Shown: positions 24,832 to 35,648, counted from the stretch's first letter. The stretch: 40,666 bases of DNA from Clostridia bacterium (GCA_017537405.1 JAFYKU010000056.1:1-40666), one strand, 5' to 3'. Made by a program: numbers and translations. Notes: generated from the letters alone by a model not told the origin.

Positions 24832-25634
24832 AAGAAATTATTATTAGCGCGAAAACAGTGGATGAAGCAATTACCAAAGGCTGCGCCGAATTAGGTGTTG
24901 CGATGGATGAAGTCGATTTTGAAATTATCGATGAAGGCGGTGTTTTCCGTAAAATGCAAGTCAAATTAACGGTGAAAAATACCGACAATGCGGAAGTTGT
25001 AGCGACCCAAACTGCCACAGAAGCACAACCTGTGGAAGAAAAAGTAGTTGAAGAACAACCAGCCGAACCTGTGGTACAAGTACAAAAGGGTAAAGTGGAA
25101 GAATTTGAAATTGGCGGACAAGCTAAAAAAGAGCGCCCAGCTAAAGCACCACGCAAAGTCACTGAGTTCGACCTAAATTGTCCAAAGTTTACTAAGACCT
25201 TAGCTTTCGCGGAAGAGTTCTTTAAATTGATGGGCGATAACTTAAAAGTTACAACATCACACGATGACCAAGAATTTATTATTGCGGTTGAAGGTGATGA
25301 TGTTTCCCGTTTGATTGGTAAAAACGGACACACGATGGCAGCTATTAACTCAATTATTCATGCTATCGCGATTAACACTCACACAGATGAACCACGCCGT
25401 GTTTCGGTTGATATTGGCAATTACCGCGCAAAACGCAAAGAATACTTAATCGACTTAGCCAAACGCAAAGCCGAACAAGTCAAGGAAACGGGACGCTCGG
25501 TGCGTTTAAAACCCATGCCAGCGCGTGAACGCGTCATTGTGCACTTAACATTGCAAGATGTTGAAGGTATTATTACCGAAAGTGAAGGCACTGAACCGCA
25601 ACGCTATTTGGTGATTAAACCGGGTGCCAGATAA
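24828..25634 (+). CDS. khpB: Jag/KhpB RNA-binding protein (Jag_N + KH + R3H)
   Basis: An ATGA overlap links it to yidC. The N-terminus is MKEIIISAKTVDEAI. The KH-like region is VSRLIGKNGHTMAAINSI, and the C-terminus is R3H-like. Confidence 0.8.
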   Translation: MKEIIISAKTVDEAITKGCAELGVAMDEVDFEIIDEGGVFRKMQVKLTVKNTDNAEVVATQTATEAQPVEEKVVEEQPAEPVVQVQKGKVEEFEIGGQAKKERPAKAPRKVTEFDLNCPKFTKTLAFAEEFFKLMGDNLKVTTSHDDQEFIIAVEGDDVSRLIGKNGHTMAAINSIIHAIAINTHTDEPRRVSVDIGNYRAKRKEYLIDLAKRKAEQVKETGRSVRLKPMPARERVIVHLTLQDVEGIITESEGTEPQRYLVIKPGAR

Positions 25635-25663
25635 GCTTTTTCTAAAACGCTCAATAAAGCCGT

Positions 25664-25690
25664 AAAACCGCCCTGAAAAGCGGTTTTTTC
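25664..25690 (+). terminator. rho-independent terminator after jag
   Basis: The stem aaaaccgc (25664-25671) pairs with gcggtttt (25680-25687). A T-run follows. Confidence 0.75.
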
Positions 25691-25724
25691 ATGCCCATAT
25701 ATATAAGAAGATGTCCTAAATGCG

Positions 25725-25753
25725 TTGCAATTTTAAGGTGGAAATGTTATAAT
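25725..25753 (+). promoter_or_regulatory. sigma-70 promoter of gyrB-gyrA-leuS
   Basis: The -35 is TTGCAA (25725-25730). A 17-nt spacer precedes an extended -10 TGtTATAAT (-10 at 25748-25753). The ATG at 25762 is only 8 nt downstream, and there is no Shine-Dalgarno sequence. Confidence 0.7.
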
Positions 25754-25761
25754 TATTCATT

Positions 25762-27699
25762 ATGAGTAATGAAAAAGTAGGGCAGAAAAAAACTGCCGTA
25801 AGCACAAATTATGAAGCAAAAGACATTACCGTTTTGGAAGGGTTAGACCCTGTTCGTAAGCGTCCCGGTATGTACATTGGTTCGACCGATACTCATGGTT
25901 TGCACCACTTAATTACTGAGGTTGTTGATAACAGTGTTGACGAAGCTTTAGCTGGTTATTGTACTGAAATTAATGTCACGATTGAACGCGATGGCTCAGT
26001 TTCAGTTTTGGATAACGGGCGCGGTATTCCGACCGGTATTCACCCCACCGAAAAAATTTCTGCGGTTCAATTGGTTTTAACCAAACTGCACGCAGGTGGT
26101 AAATTTGGTAAAGGTGGGTATTCTATCTCGGGTGGTTTACACGGGGTTGGTGTTTCTGTTGTTAATGCTTTGTCTGAATGGTTGGAAGTTGAAGTTTATC
26201 AAAATGGTAAAATTCACCACCAAACCTATAACCGCGGTGTGCCACAAGCTCCGTTGCGTGAAATTGGTAAAACTGATAAACATGGTACCAAGGTTACTTT
26301 CTACCCAGATGCTGAAATTTTCGATACCATTGAATTTAACTACGAAACCATGAAAGTTCGTTTACGCGAATTGGCTTTCTTGAATAAAGGTCTTGTCATT
26401 AAATGTGTCGACTTGCGTCCGGGTCGTGAACACAAAGATACTTTCTGCTATAAAGGTGGGATTAAAGAATTCGTTGAAAGTTTGAACAAGGGTAAAGATT
26501 TAATTATCCCAGAAATTATCTATGTTCACAAAAAGAACAAAACGAACGAAGTTGATGTCGCTTTCCAATGGAACGATGGTTACAGCGAAAATATCCACAC
26601 TTACGCGAATAATATTAACACCGAAGAAGGTGGTGTGCACTTAATCGGTTTCCGTAATGCGTTAGCAAAAGCGATTAACGATTACGGCCAAAAAGCTAAC
26701 ATCTTAAAAGATAAAGATAAATTGTCGATTGAAGATGTCTTGGAAGGTGTGGTTGCGATTATTTCGGTTAAATTGGAAAATCCACAATTCGAAGGTCAAA
26801 CCAAAACTAAACTTGGTAACGCCTATATGCGTGGTGAAGTGGAAAAAGCCGTACAAGAAAAATTTGGTGAATTCTTGGAAGAAAATCCAAAATCCGCGAA
26901 AGAATTAATTTTGAAATGTCAAACTGCGCGTAACGCTCGTGAAGCAGCACGCCGTGCGAAAGATTTAGTTCACCGTAAAGGTGTTTTGGAAAATACCACA
27001 TTGCCAGGTAAATTGGCCGACTGTACCGAACGCGACCCGAAATTCTGTGAAATCTTTATTGTCGAGGGTGATAGTGCGGGTGGTACAGCGAAGCAAGGTC
27101 GTGACCGCCGTTTCCAAGCAATTTTGCCGTTGCGTGGTAAAATCTTGAATGTGGAAAAAGCTCGTTTGGCGCGTGTCTTGGAAAGCGAAACCATTAAGAA
27201 TATGATTACCGCGTTTGGTTGTGGTATCCAAGAAGACTTTGATATTACGCGTTTGCGCTACCACAAAATTATTACCATGTCCGATGCTGATGTGGACGGT
27301 AGCCATATTCGTATCTTGTTGTTAACATTCTTGTACCGTTTTATGCGTCCGTTAATTGAAGGCGGTTATGTTTATGCGGCTCAACCACCGTTGTATAAAA
27401 TTACACGCGGCGGGGAAGAACTTTATGCTTACAGCGATGCCGAATTAGAACAAATCACCGGTAAGGGTGGCCGTGGTAAAGCTAATGTTCAACGCTATAA
27501 AGGTTTGGGTGAAATGAATGCAGAACAATTGTGGGAAACAACCATGAACCCAGCTAATCGTACTTTGGTACAAATTACTTTGGAAGACGCGTTTGCCGCA
27601 GATGAAATATTCTCAACATTAATGGGTGAAAAGCCGGAATTGCGCCGTGAATATATCGAACGCAATGCTGCGAACTTCACACAGGATTTGGATATTTAA
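25762..27699 (+). CDS. gyrB: DNA gyrase subunit B
   Basis: Motifs are LEGLDPVRKRPGMYIGST, the GHKL ATPase motifs, Toprim EIFIVEGDSAGG and PLRGKILNVE. Confidence 0.95.
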   Translation: MSNEKVGQKKTAVSTNYEAKDITVLEGLDPVRKRPGMYIGSTDTHGLHHLITEVVDNSVDEALAGYCTEINVTIERDGSVSVLDNGRGIPTGIHPTEKISAVQLVLTKLHAGGKFGKGGYSISGGLHGVGVSVVNALSEWLEVEVYQNGKIHHQTYNRGVPQAPLREIGKTDKHGTKVTFYPDAEIFDTIEFNYETMKVRLRELAFLNKGLVIKCVDLRPGREHKDTFCYKGGIKEFVESLNKGKDLIIPEIIYVHKKNKTNEVDVAFQWNDGYSENIHTYANNINTEEGGVHLIGFRNALAKAINDYGQKANILKDKDKLSIEDVLEGVVAIISVKLENPQFEGQTKTKLGNAYMRGEVEKAVQEKFGEFLEENPKSAKELILKCQTARNAREAARRAKDLVHRKGVLENTTLPGKLADCTERDPKFCEIFIVEGDSAGGTAKQGRDRRFQAILPLRGKILNVEKARLARVLESETIKNMITAFGCGIQEDFDITRLRYHKIITMSDADVDGSHIRILLLTFLYRFMRPLIEGGYVYAAQPPLYKITRGGEELYAYSDAELEQITGKGGRGKANVQRYKGLGEMNAEQLWETTMNPANRTLVQITLEDAFAADEIFSTLMGEKPELRREYIERNAANFTQDLDI

Positions 27700-27708
27700 G
27701 GAGTTATC

Positions 27709-30189
27709 ATGAGAAAGAAAGATTACAGCGAAGAATTACAGGAAATTGTTGATAATACTAAATATGTCAAAGTTAAGATTGAAGACGAAATTCACAAGTC
27801 GTTTATGTCTTACGCGATGATGGTTAATATGAGCCGTGCGATTCCCGATGTTCGTGACGGTTTGAAACCAGTTCACCGCCGTATTTTGTACTCAATGAGC
27901 GAATTGGGCTTAACCCACGACAAACCATTCAAAAAATGTGCGCGTATCGTTGGTGAATGCTTGGGTAAATATCACCCACACGGTGACAGCTCGGTTTATG
28001 ATGCGTTAGTGCGTTTGGCACAACCATTTACGATTAATATGCCTTTGATTGATGGACACGGAAACTTTGGTTCTGTGGACGCGGACCCACCGGCTGCGAT
28101 GCGTTATACCGAAGCGCGTTTGTCGGCTGTGGCGAGTGAAATGTTGCGCGACATCGATAAAAACACCGTTGACTTCCGTCCGAACTTTGACGAAACCGAA
28201 CAAGAACCAATTGTTTTGCCATCGCGTTTCCCAAACTTGTTGGTTAACGGTAGTGATGGTATTGCGGTTGGTATGGCGACCAATATTCCGCCACACAACT
28301 TAAACGAAGTTATTGACGGTGTTGTGGCGTTAATTGAAAACCCAGACATCGAAATCGACCAATTATTGCGGATTATTCCTGCTCCGGATTATCCAACCGG
28401 CGGTATTATTATGGGGCGTGCAGCTTTGCGTCACGCATATAAAACCGGACACGGCAGCATTGTCTTGCGTGCAACGACCGAAATTGAAGAACATAACGGC
28501 CGTAACCGCATCATTGTGACCGAAATTCCATACCAAGTTAATAAAGCTAAATTGGTGGAAAGCATTGCCTTGTTAGTGCGCGACAAACGCATTGACGGTA
28601 TTACCAGCGTGGATGAAGAATCCGACCGTCATGGTATGCGTATCGTGATTACTTTGAAAAAAGATGCGCAAGCACAAGTTGTTTTAACCAATTTGTTTAA
28701 ATTAAGCCAATTACAAATTTCTATGGGTATCAATTTCTTGGCTTTGGTTGGTAACGAACCAAAAGTCTTGAATTTGAAAGAAATGTTGTACTACTACTTG
28801 GAACACCAAAAAGAAGTTGTTTTACGCCGTACCAAATTTGATTTGGAAAAAGCTGAAGAACGCGCTCACATTTTGGAAGGTTTAGTTAAAGCTTTGGCTA
28901 ACATTGACGAAGTTGTTGCTATCATCAAGAAATCAAAAGACAAAATTGAAGCTTGTGAAAAATTGATGAAGCGTTTCATTTTGACCGACCGTCAAGCGAA
29001 CGCAATTTTGGAAATGCGCTTACAACGCTTAACCAGTTTGGAAGTTGAAAAATTAAAAGCCGAATTGGAAGAATTACGCGTCTTGATTATCGAATTGAAA
29101 TCAATCATCGCCAGCCAACCAAAATTATTGGCTTTGATTAAAAAAGAATTGTTGGAAATTAAAGAAAAATACGGTGTGGAACGCGTAACAGAATTGACCA
29201 CTGACTACGGTGACATCGACATCGCCGACTTGATTGAAAAAGAAGATGTTGCTGTTTCGATGACCCACTGCGGTTATATTAAACGCTTACCATTGACCGA
29301 ATACAAAGCACAACGCCGCGGCGGTAAAGGTTCGAACACACACGCAACCAAAGAAGAAGACTTTGTGGAACGCATGTTTGTTACCAATACACACCATGAC
29401 TTATTGTTCTTCACGAACTTAGGTAAAGTGTACCGTATTAAAGCGTTTGAAGTGCCAGAAGCAGCGAAGGGTTCCAAAGGCCGTGCGATTGTTAATTTGT
29501 TACAATTGGCGAATGAAGAACGCGTGGCTGCCGTCATTCCAATGGAAGATTACGACATCGGTCACATCATGTTGGCAACGACTTACGGCATGATTAAGAA
29601 AACCAAATGTAGCGAATTTGCGCGTATTGCGCGTACTGGTAAAATTGCGATTGGCTTGAACGAAGGCGACCAATTAATTGCCGCTGCACATACGACTGGT
29701 GCTGATGAAATTATTATGGCGTCCAGCTCGGGTAAATGTATCCGTTTCAGTGAAGAAGATGTTCGTCCAATGGGACGCGGTGCAGCTGGTGTAAAGAGTA
29801 TGAACATTGACCGCGAAACCGAAACCATCGTGGATATGAGTGTCATTGAACCGGGTTGTGAAATCTTGACGGTATCGGCAAATGGTTACGGAAAACGCAG
29901 CGACCCAGACGATTATCGTTTGCAATCGCGTGCTGGTAAAGGTATTAAAGCTGGTGTGTTCAACGAAAAGACTGGACCATTGGTCAACTTGAAACAAGTC
30001 CGCGCTGACCAAGATATTATGTTAATTGGTGACAACGGAACTATGATTCGTACAAAAGCAAGTTATATTTCAAAAATTAGCCGTGATACCCAAGGCGTCC
30101 GCATCATGCGTGTCGGCGAAGGTGCGAAGATTGTGGCTGTGGCTGTGGCCGAACCACAAGAAGAAGACGAAGAAAACGGTGACGAATAA
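27709..30189 (+). CDS. gyrA: DNA gyrase subunit A
   Basis: Motifs are [19 protein letters not shown], the QRDR-type [18 protein letters not shown] and [10 protein letters not shown]. The C-terminus is a beta-pinwheel with an acidic tail. Confidence 0.95.
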   Translation: MRKKDYSEELQEIVDNTKYVKVKIEDEIHKSFMSYAMMVNMSRAIPDVRDGLKPVHRRILYSMSELGLTHDKPFKKCARIVGECLGKYHPHGDSSVYDALVRLAQPFTINMPLIDGHGNFGSVDADPPAAMRYTEARLSAVASEMLRDIDKNTVDFRPNFDETEQEPIVLPSRFPNLLVNGSDGIAVGMATNIPPHNLNEVIDGVVALIENPDIEIDQLLRIIPAPDYPTGGIIMGRAALRHAYKTGHGSIVLRATTEIEEHNGRNRIIVTEIPYQVNKAKLVESIALLVRDKRIDGITSVDEESDRHGMRIVITLKKDAQAQVVLTNLFKLSQLQISMGINFLALVGNEPKVLNLKEMLYYYLEHQKEVVLRRTKFDLEKAEERAHILEGLVKALANIDEVVAIIKKSKDKIEACEKLMKRFILTDRQANAILEMRLQRLTSLEVEKLKAELEELRVLIIELKSIIASQPKLLALIKKELLEIKEKYGVERVTELTTDYGDIDIADLIEKEDVAVSMTHCGYIKRLPLTEYKAQRRGGKGSNTHATKEEDFVERMFVTNTHHDLLFFTNLGKVYRIKAFEVPEAAKGSKGRAIVNLLQLANEERVAAVIPMEDYDIGHIMLATTYGMIKKTKCSEFARIARTGKIAIGLNEGDQLIAAAHTTGADEIIMASSSGKCIRFSEEDVRPMGRGAAGVKSMNIDRETETIVDMSVIEPGCEILTVSANGYGKRSDPDDYRLQSRAGKGIKAGVFNEKTGPLVNLKQVRADQDIMLIGDNGTMIRTKASYISKISRDTQGVRIMRVGEGAKIVAVAVAEPQEEDEENGDE

Positions 30190-30211
30190 AATTCGGGGAG
30201 TTTAAAAAAAT

Positions 30212-32602
30212 ATGGAAACCTATGATTTTCGTGCTATTGAAAAAAAATGGCAAGCCGTTTGGGCGCAAGACAAACGCTTTGAAACTAAAGACAAAGTTGA
30301 CGGGAAAGAAAATGCTTACATTTTGATTGAATTCCCGTACCCAAGCGGCAAAGGTTTGCATATCGGACATATGCGCAGTTATACGGCGCTCGATGCTTTG
30401 GCGCGCCGTCTGCGTTTACAAGGTAAGAATGTGTTGTTCCCGATGGGGATTGATGCTTTTGGCTTGGAAGCTGAGCGTACCGCCATTCGCGAACACATTC
30501 CACCACAACAAGTTGTTGCGCGTAATACCGCAACTTTCCGTGAACAATTATCGCGTGTCGGTTTGTCGATTGACTGGTCGCGTTTTATTTCGACTTGTGA
30601 CCCTGAATATTACAAATGGACACAATGGCAATTTTTGCAATTTTTCAAAAAGGGCATTGCTTACAAAGGAACTGCCAATGTTAATTACTGTCCGAACTGC
30701 GGTATTTTAGCCAATGAAGAAGTGGAAAGCGGCACTTGCTGCCAATGCCACGCGGAAACCGAACAAAAAACTATTCCGCAATGGATGATGAGAATGACAG
30801 CTTATGCTGACCGCTTGATTGATGACTTAGCGGAAACTGATTACTTACCGCACATTAAAACTAGCCAAATCAATTATGTCGGACGCAGCTACGGAGTGGA
30901 AGTTGATTTTAAAATTAAACAAGGCGGACAAATTAAAATTTTCACCACTTGTATTGAAACTATTTTTGGTTGTACATTCGTGGTCTTGGCGCCCGAACAT
31001 CCATTGTTAAAAGCTTTACAACCACAAATTAAAAACTGGGACGCAGTGCAAGCTTATTGTCAACAAGCCAGCCGTAAAAGCGAATTTGAGCGGTCCCAAA
31101 TGGTGAAAGACAAGAACGGTTGCTGTTTGGAAGGTATTACCGCAATTAATCCCGTGAATGGCCGCGAAGTCCCTGTCTATATTGCCGATTTCGTTTTATG
31201 CAATTACGGAACAGGTGCCGTTATGGCAGTTCCGTCACACGAACAACGCGATTACGAATTCGCAACAAAACATAAGATACCAATGATTCAAGTCATCGAA
31301 GGCAACATCGATGGTGCGGCTTTGGAAAAACAAGTCTACCTCGAACAAAAAGCCAAACTCATGAATTCGGAACAATTTAACGGTCAAACTGTGCAAGAAG
31401 CTAAAAACAATATTACGCAATGGTTGTCCGCACAAGGTGTGGCTCGTGAAACCAAAAACTATAAAATGCATGATTGGGTCTTTGCTCGTCAGCGTTACTG
31501 GGGCGAACCCATTCCAATTATTCATTGTCCAAAATGTGGTATGGTACCTGTTCCCGAAAAAGATTTGCCAGTCTTGTTGCCAACCACGCAAAGTTATGAA
31601 GCTACGCACGATGGTCAAAGTCCGTTAGCGAAAATTGCGGACTGGGTCAATGTTAAATGTCCGGAATGTGGCGCCGATGCAAAACGCGAAACCGACACGA
31701 TGCCAGGCTGGGCAGGCAGCTGTTGGTACTTTATCCGTTATTGCGACCCACACAACGACAAAGCTTTTGCCGACCCAGAAAAAATGAAAGCATGGTTGCC
31801 GATTACTTTGTATAACGGTGGTAACGAACATACGACACGCCACTTATTGTATGCGCGTTTCTGGACAAAATTCTTACATGACCAAGGTTTATTCCCGCTC
31901 AACGAGTTCTGTAAAGCCCGTATTTCACAAGGTATCATCTTGGGTGAAGGCGGCGTAAAAATGAGTAAGAGCTTAGGCAATACCGTGGATCCACGCGATG
32001 TCGCCGACCAATACGGTACCGATGCTTTGCGTCTGTGGGTTTTGTTCATTGGTGACTATCAAGAAGTCGCGGTTTGGAGCAATGATGGCGTCAAAGCTTG
32101 TCACCGTTTGTTACAACGCGTATGGGCTTTGCAAGACAAAGTTACCGCAGGCACGGAGTACAGTCCCGCTTTGAAATACATTTTCAATTATTCGATTCAA
32201 AAAATTACCGCCGATATGGAATCTATGAAGTACAACACAGCGGTATCTCAAATCATGATTTTGATGAACGCGATTGAAAAACAAGGCTCTTTGAACCGAC
32301 ATGAATATCAAACACTTTTGACTTTGTTAAATCCGTTTGCACCACACATTACCGAAGAACTTTGGCCCGCGATTAAAGACGCAACTTGGCCAAGCGTTGA
32401 TGCGGCGGCTCTGGTGCAAGATACAGTCGAAATTGTTGTGCAAGTTAATGCGAAGATTGTGGGACGCTTAACCATTAACACCAGCGATGACGAAGCAACT
32501 GTTGTGGAAAAATGTCGTGCGGCAATTAAAAATTTACCAACCGACATCAAGAAAACGATTTATGTTAAAAATAAATTGGTCAACTTTATCGTGGTAAAAT
32601 AA
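30212..32602 (+). CDS. leuS: leucine--tRNA ligase
   Basis: The HIGH motif is GLHIGH and the KMSKS motif is VKMSKSLGN. A CP1 editing domain is present. It starts 22 nt after gyrA, so there is no room for a leader. Confidence 0.95.
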   Translation: METYDFRAIEKKWQAVWAQDKRFETKDKVDGKENAYILIEFPYPSGKGLHIGHMRSYTALDALARRLRLQGKNVLFPMGIDAFGLEAERTAIREHIPPQQVVARNTATFREQLSRVGLSIDWSRFISTCDPEYYKWTQWQFLQFFKKGIAYKGTANVNYCPNCGILANEEVESGTCCQCHAETEQKTIPQWMMRMTAYADRLIDDLAETDYLPHIKTSQINYVGRSYGVEVDFKIKQGGQIKIFTTCIETIFGCTFVVLAPEHPLLKALQPQIKNWDAVQAYCQQASRKSEFERSQMVKDKNGCCLEGITAINPVNGREVPVYIADFVLCNYGTGAVMAVPSHEQRDYEFATKHKIPMIQVIEGNIDGAALEKQVYLEQKAKLMNSEQFNGQTVQEAKNNITQWLSAQGVARETKNYKMHDWVFARQRYWGEPIPIIHCPKCGMVPVPEKDLPVLLPTTQSYEATHDGQSPLAKIADWVNVKCPECGADAKRETDTMPGWAGSCWYFIRYCDPHNDKAFADPEKMKAWLPITLYNGGNEHTTRHLLYARFWTKFLHDQGLFPLNEFCKARISQGIILGEGGVKMSKSLGNTVDPRDVADQYGTDALRLWVLFIGDYQEVAVWSNDGVKACHRLLQRVWALQDKVTAGTEYSPALKYIFNYSIQKITADMESMKYNTAVSQIMILMNAIEKQGSLNRHEYQTLLTLLNPFAPHITEELWPAIKDATWPSVDAAALVQDTVEIVVQVNAKIVGRLTINTSDDEATVVEKCRAAIKNLPTDIKKTIYVKNKLVNFIVVK

Positions 32603-32623
32603 AAAATAATAAATATATAAAAA

Positions 32624-32655
32624 CACCTTAACCAAATGTTAAGGTGATTTTTTTG
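32624..32655. terminator. bidirectional rho-independent terminator between leuS and the convergent 32658 gene
   Basis: The stem caccttaac (32624-32632) pairs with gttaaggtg (32638-32646). An A-run lies upstream and a T7 run downstream. Confidence 0.8.
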
Positions 32656-32657
32656 TT

Positions 32658-33086
32658 TTATTTTTCTAATGTAGTATCTTTTGCAGATTGATTCAGTTCA
32701 AGCCATGCTTGATATTTTTCTGGAAATGTTTCTTTCACATATTCAAGAATCTCAGCGGTAAATTCAGGATATTTTTCCCTTGCTGCTTCGATTGAAAAAT
32801 GTTGATTACCAATGACTAACGAAATTTGTTGATCCGCGTGGTAAAGAATAGCAATTACTGGAGATTTTTGTGATGTTTTTTCTTCTTGATTATTTTCAAT
32901 CATCGATTCAGTAGTTGTATAACTTACTAGCTCATTTTGTTTAAGTTGTTGTGATTCCCCAAAATGCTTTTTTGAGTTATTTACTTCCATTAAAAAAGCA
33001 GAAGTGTAAGCCGCTGTGAATGCAGCACCGACGCAAATTCCTCGTATTGCTTTTTTATTAAATAAAGAAAGTTTACTTTTTTTCAT
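32658..33086 (-). CDS. hypothetical membrane-anchored protein
   Basis: The N-terminal hydrophobic segment is GICVGAAFTAAYTSAFL. I recognise no family. Confidence 0.5.
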   Translation of the reverse strand: MKKSKLSLFNKKAIRGICVGAAFTAAYTSAFLMEVNNSKKHFGESQQLKQNELVSYTTTESMIENNQEEKTSQKSPVIAILYHADQQISLVIGNQHFSIEAAREKYPEFTAEILEYVKETFPEKYQAWLELNQSAKDTTLEK

Positions 33087-33159
33087 AATAAAATGTTAAC
33101 ACACGAAAAACACAAAATCAATATATGACACAAAAAAAGTTTAATAATTTTTTTCGTGG

Positions 33160-33909
33160 TTAAGTATGATTATCTATATGTAAAAAATTTTTGATAAGTG
33201 AACTGGCTATGCTGTCATAAGTTGTCGGTTCGGTTAAGTAGTGGGTCAAAGCTGGGTTTTCTTTGCGGTACCAAGTGCGTTGGCGTTTGATAAATTGCAT
33301 CGTTTGGTGATACAGTTCGTCATAATAAGTTTCCAAATTAATTTCACCCTGTAAGTAACGCACATTCAAACGGTATTCCAAGCCCAGCTTATACAGAAAG
33401 TCGGTATTCACACCACGCGCTAACAAATTGCGTGTTTCGTCAAACATACCTTGTTCTACGCGTTCCACATTGCGTTGTTTCACTTTGGGCGCCAAAATCG
33501 TGTTCGGTGGTACTAAGCAAATTTGTAAAACATCATAGCGTGGGGCATTGGGTTGCCCATCAAAGCCATAACCGTTAATCACGGCACGCGAATATAACCC
33601 AGTTCCACCCACTAACATAGGCAATTTGCCGCGTGCAATAATTTCATCAATCTTGGCGTATGCATCACGCTGAAAATCGCCAACTGAGTAGCGCGTATTT
33701 TGTGCTGGGTCGACAATGTCTAAGCAGTGGTGTGGTACTCCTTGCATTTCATCTACGGTAATTTTCGCCGAGCCAATATCTAAACCTTGATAAACTTGAC
33801 GACTGTCCGCCGAGATAATTTCCGCGTTGAATCGTTTCGCTAACAAAATGGACAGAGCGGTTTTGCCGCTGGCTGTGACACCACTAATGACTACAATTTT
33901 TGGTTTCAT
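33160..33909 (-). CDS. miaA: tRNA dimethylallyltransferase
   Basis: Motifs are MKPKIVVISGVTASGKTALS (P-loop), SADSRQVYQGLDIGSAK and VGGTGLY. I take the start at 33909, which makes an ATGA overlap with the lepB stop. The ORF-track start at 33957 would overlap lepB. Confidence 0.85.
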   Translation of the reverse strand: MKPKIVVISGVTASGKTALSILLAKRFNAEIISADSRQVYQGLDIGSAKITVDEMQGVPHHCLDIVDPAQNTRYSVGDFQRDAYAKIDEIIARGKLPMLVGGTGLYSRAVINGYGFDGQPNAPRYDVLQICLVPPNTILAPKVKQRNVERVEQGMFDETRNLLARGVNTDFLYKLGLEYRLNVRYLQGEINLETYYDELYHQTMQFIKRQRTWYRKENPALTHYLTEPTTYDSIASSLIKNFLHIDNHT

Positions 33910-34826
33910 CGTTGCCAAGCCCAACCAAAGCCAACATAGTACACAAATTTTTGCCACAAATATTCTGCCAAAGAAATGTCTTCATTGATTACATCAACAC
34001 ACTTGCTGACATAGCTTGATGTTGGTAATGGTCCAAAGTAAGTTGAATCCCAACTGTGATTGTATTTTGAATCCGCGGAGCCGCGATTGTCGCCCATCAT
34101 AAAGTAGTGGTCTTTGGGAACAATCAACATATAACGACTGCTTTGTACATCACTGTCCGTTGATTTATGAAGATTGGTCATGATACAATCGTTGTAACTA
34201 ACAGTGACCCAGTCTTCCATATTAGCCGACTTTTTGTCGTTCAACACATTCCACAATTGTTTAAAATTCATGGCATCAGGTTGTGCAACCATGGGGTCTA
34301 AATAAGTTTCGTCTAATTTTTGACCGTTCAAATAAATATAGTAATTGTCATCCACACGAGTCATGCTGATTTGGTCACCGGGTTTGCCGATTAAGCGTTT
34401 AATGATGTACATATAATGACCGTTTTCATCAACCTTGTCATAGGTTTTTTCTACTTCGCGAATCACATCAATTGCGATAGGGTTGCCACAAGCGGCATCA
34501 ATATAATAATCACGATAGCGTGTATTTTGTTTGGCGTAGAGTTTGCAGACGATAATGTCACTGTGCTCTGGTTCACCTAAGATGCAAGTAATGGCGCTGT
34601 CGGTATTGTCACCAGTTGCATTTAAAGTTGTCATCATTGAAGTTCCGACAATTGGGCACATTGCAAAGATAAGACAAAAGGCAATAATGACTACGGAAAA
34701 CACAGTCACGATAATCGAGCCCGTGACAGTCAAGCGCGAAACAATACGCGAAGTTTTGGACTCTTGATGTAAGCCCTTGCCGCGCGTAGCCGCCATGTAC
34801 TCTTGACCGACAAATTCTTTTGCCAT
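33906..34826 (-). CDS. lepB: signal peptidase I
   Basis: An N-terminal transmembrane segment is present. The Ser box is VGTSMMTTL, the Lys box is IKRLIGKPGDQI, and GDNRGSADSKY is also present. Confidence 0.8.
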   Translation of the reverse strand: MAKEFVGQEYMAATRGKGLHQESKTSRIVSRLTVTGSIIVTVFSVVIIAFCLIFAMCPIVGTSMMTTLNATGDNTDSAITCILGEPEHSDIIVCKLYAKQNTRYRDYYIDAACGNPIAIDVIREVEKTYDKVDENGHYMYIIKRLIGKPGDQISMTRVDDNYYIYLNGQKLDETYLDPMVAQPDAMNFKQLWNVLNDKKSANMEDWVTVSYNDCIMTNLHKSTDSDVQSSRYMLIVPKDHYFMMGDNRGSADSKYNHSWDSTYFGPLPTSSYVSKCVDVINEDISLAEYLWQKFVYYVGFGWAWQR

Positions 34827-34833
34827 TGATTTA

Positions 34834-34861
34834 TTATTATCGCGATTGGCTTTTTTGTCAA
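34834..34861 (-). promoter_or_regulatory. putative promoter of lepB-miaA, apparently leaderless
   Basis: On the minus strand the -35 is TTGACA (34856-34861). A 16-nt spacer precedes the -10 TAATAA (34834-34839). The ATG at 34826 lies 7 nt downstream, and there is no Shine-Dalgarno sequence. Confidence 0.5.
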
Positions 34862-34914
34862 TATTTTAACTATGTTTCATTTTTGGATTTATCTTTCTAT
34901 TTGTTTGTCTTTGC

Positions 34915-35640
34915 TTATTTATGCGGGGTATTAGCTTTTAATTGGTCTAACAATCCACTCATATGGAACGAATAATCATGTTCGCCCGCAATAATGACAT
35001 GGTCTAAAAACTTGATGCCCAAATTTTGAAAAGTCAAACACAAACGGCGCGTTAATTGCATATCGTCCATCGATGGTCGCGGGTCATCGTTTAAATGATT
35101 ATGTGCTAACACAACTTGCGCGGTTTTTGTGGCGGTAATCATGGAAACAATTTCACGCACATTCACATGTACCATATCTAATTCGTGGTTCGTGATGTTG
35201 TGTACTTTCTTGACTTTGCCGGCCGTGTCCAAACAAACGACCACATATTGTTCCACAGTATAAGTCCGTAACAAAGGCGCTAAAAAATCTATGGCTTGTT
35301 GCGGAGAAGTAATCTTGGCTTTGGTGACCGTTTGTTTAGCTAGGTACGAAGTCAACTGTTTTAAAAAATGCAAAAAGACCGCAGCTTGTTCACCGATACC
35401 GTAAGCTTGGGTCAAGTCGGCTGGTTTGGCATCAATCACAGCTTGCAAAGATTCGAATTTGTCCAGCAAACTGTGGGCAGCGGGATTTGTATCTTGCCGC
35501 GGAATACAAAAGCCCAACGCAAATTCTAAAACTTCACATTCATTGAAAGTGTCTAAACCATTATCTAAAAAGCGGGTGCGCAATTTTTTACGCCGCCCAT
35601 GATGTATGTGCTGGTTCAAACTTTCTTTCGTATGTTCCAT
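34915..35640 (-). CDS. radC: RadC-like JAB/MPN domain protein
   Basis: The N-terminal HhH region is AYGIGEQAA. The C-terminal JAMM-like region is VLAHNHLNDDPRPSMDDMQLTRRL. Confidence 0.8.
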   Translation of the reverse strand: MEHTKESLNQHIHHGRRKKLRTRFLDNGLDTFNECEVLEFALGFCIPRQDTNPAAHSLLDKFESLQAVIDAKPADLTQAYGIGEQAAVFLHFLKQLTSYLAKQTVTKAKITSPQQAIDFLAPLLRTYTVEQYVVVCLDTAGKVKKVHNITNHELDMVHVNVREIVSMITATKTAQVVLAHNHLNDDPRPSMDDMQLTRRLCLTFQNLGIKFLDHVIIAGEHDYSFHMSGLLDQLKANTPHK

Positions 35641-35648
35641 GAAAATCC

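Noticed and set aside
24812-25333. A 173-aa antisense ORF lies opposite jag. Many similar antisense ORFs of 60-130 aa lie inside gyrB, gyrA, leuS, glyQS, dnaA, dnaN and the paralogs, for example 26965-27306, 28006-28296, 29674-30012 and 31235-31618.
   Set aside because: They lie wholly within confidently identified genes on the opposite strand or in another frame. They have low-complexity or odd composition and no recognisable motifs. They are typical shadow ORFs.
33910-33957. The ORF track gives a longer miaA start (MAKICVLCWLWLGLAT).
   Set aside because: The extension lies inside the lepB coding region. The MiaA P-loop N-terminus MKPKIVVISGVTASGKT starts at 33909 with an ATGA overlap to the lepB stop.
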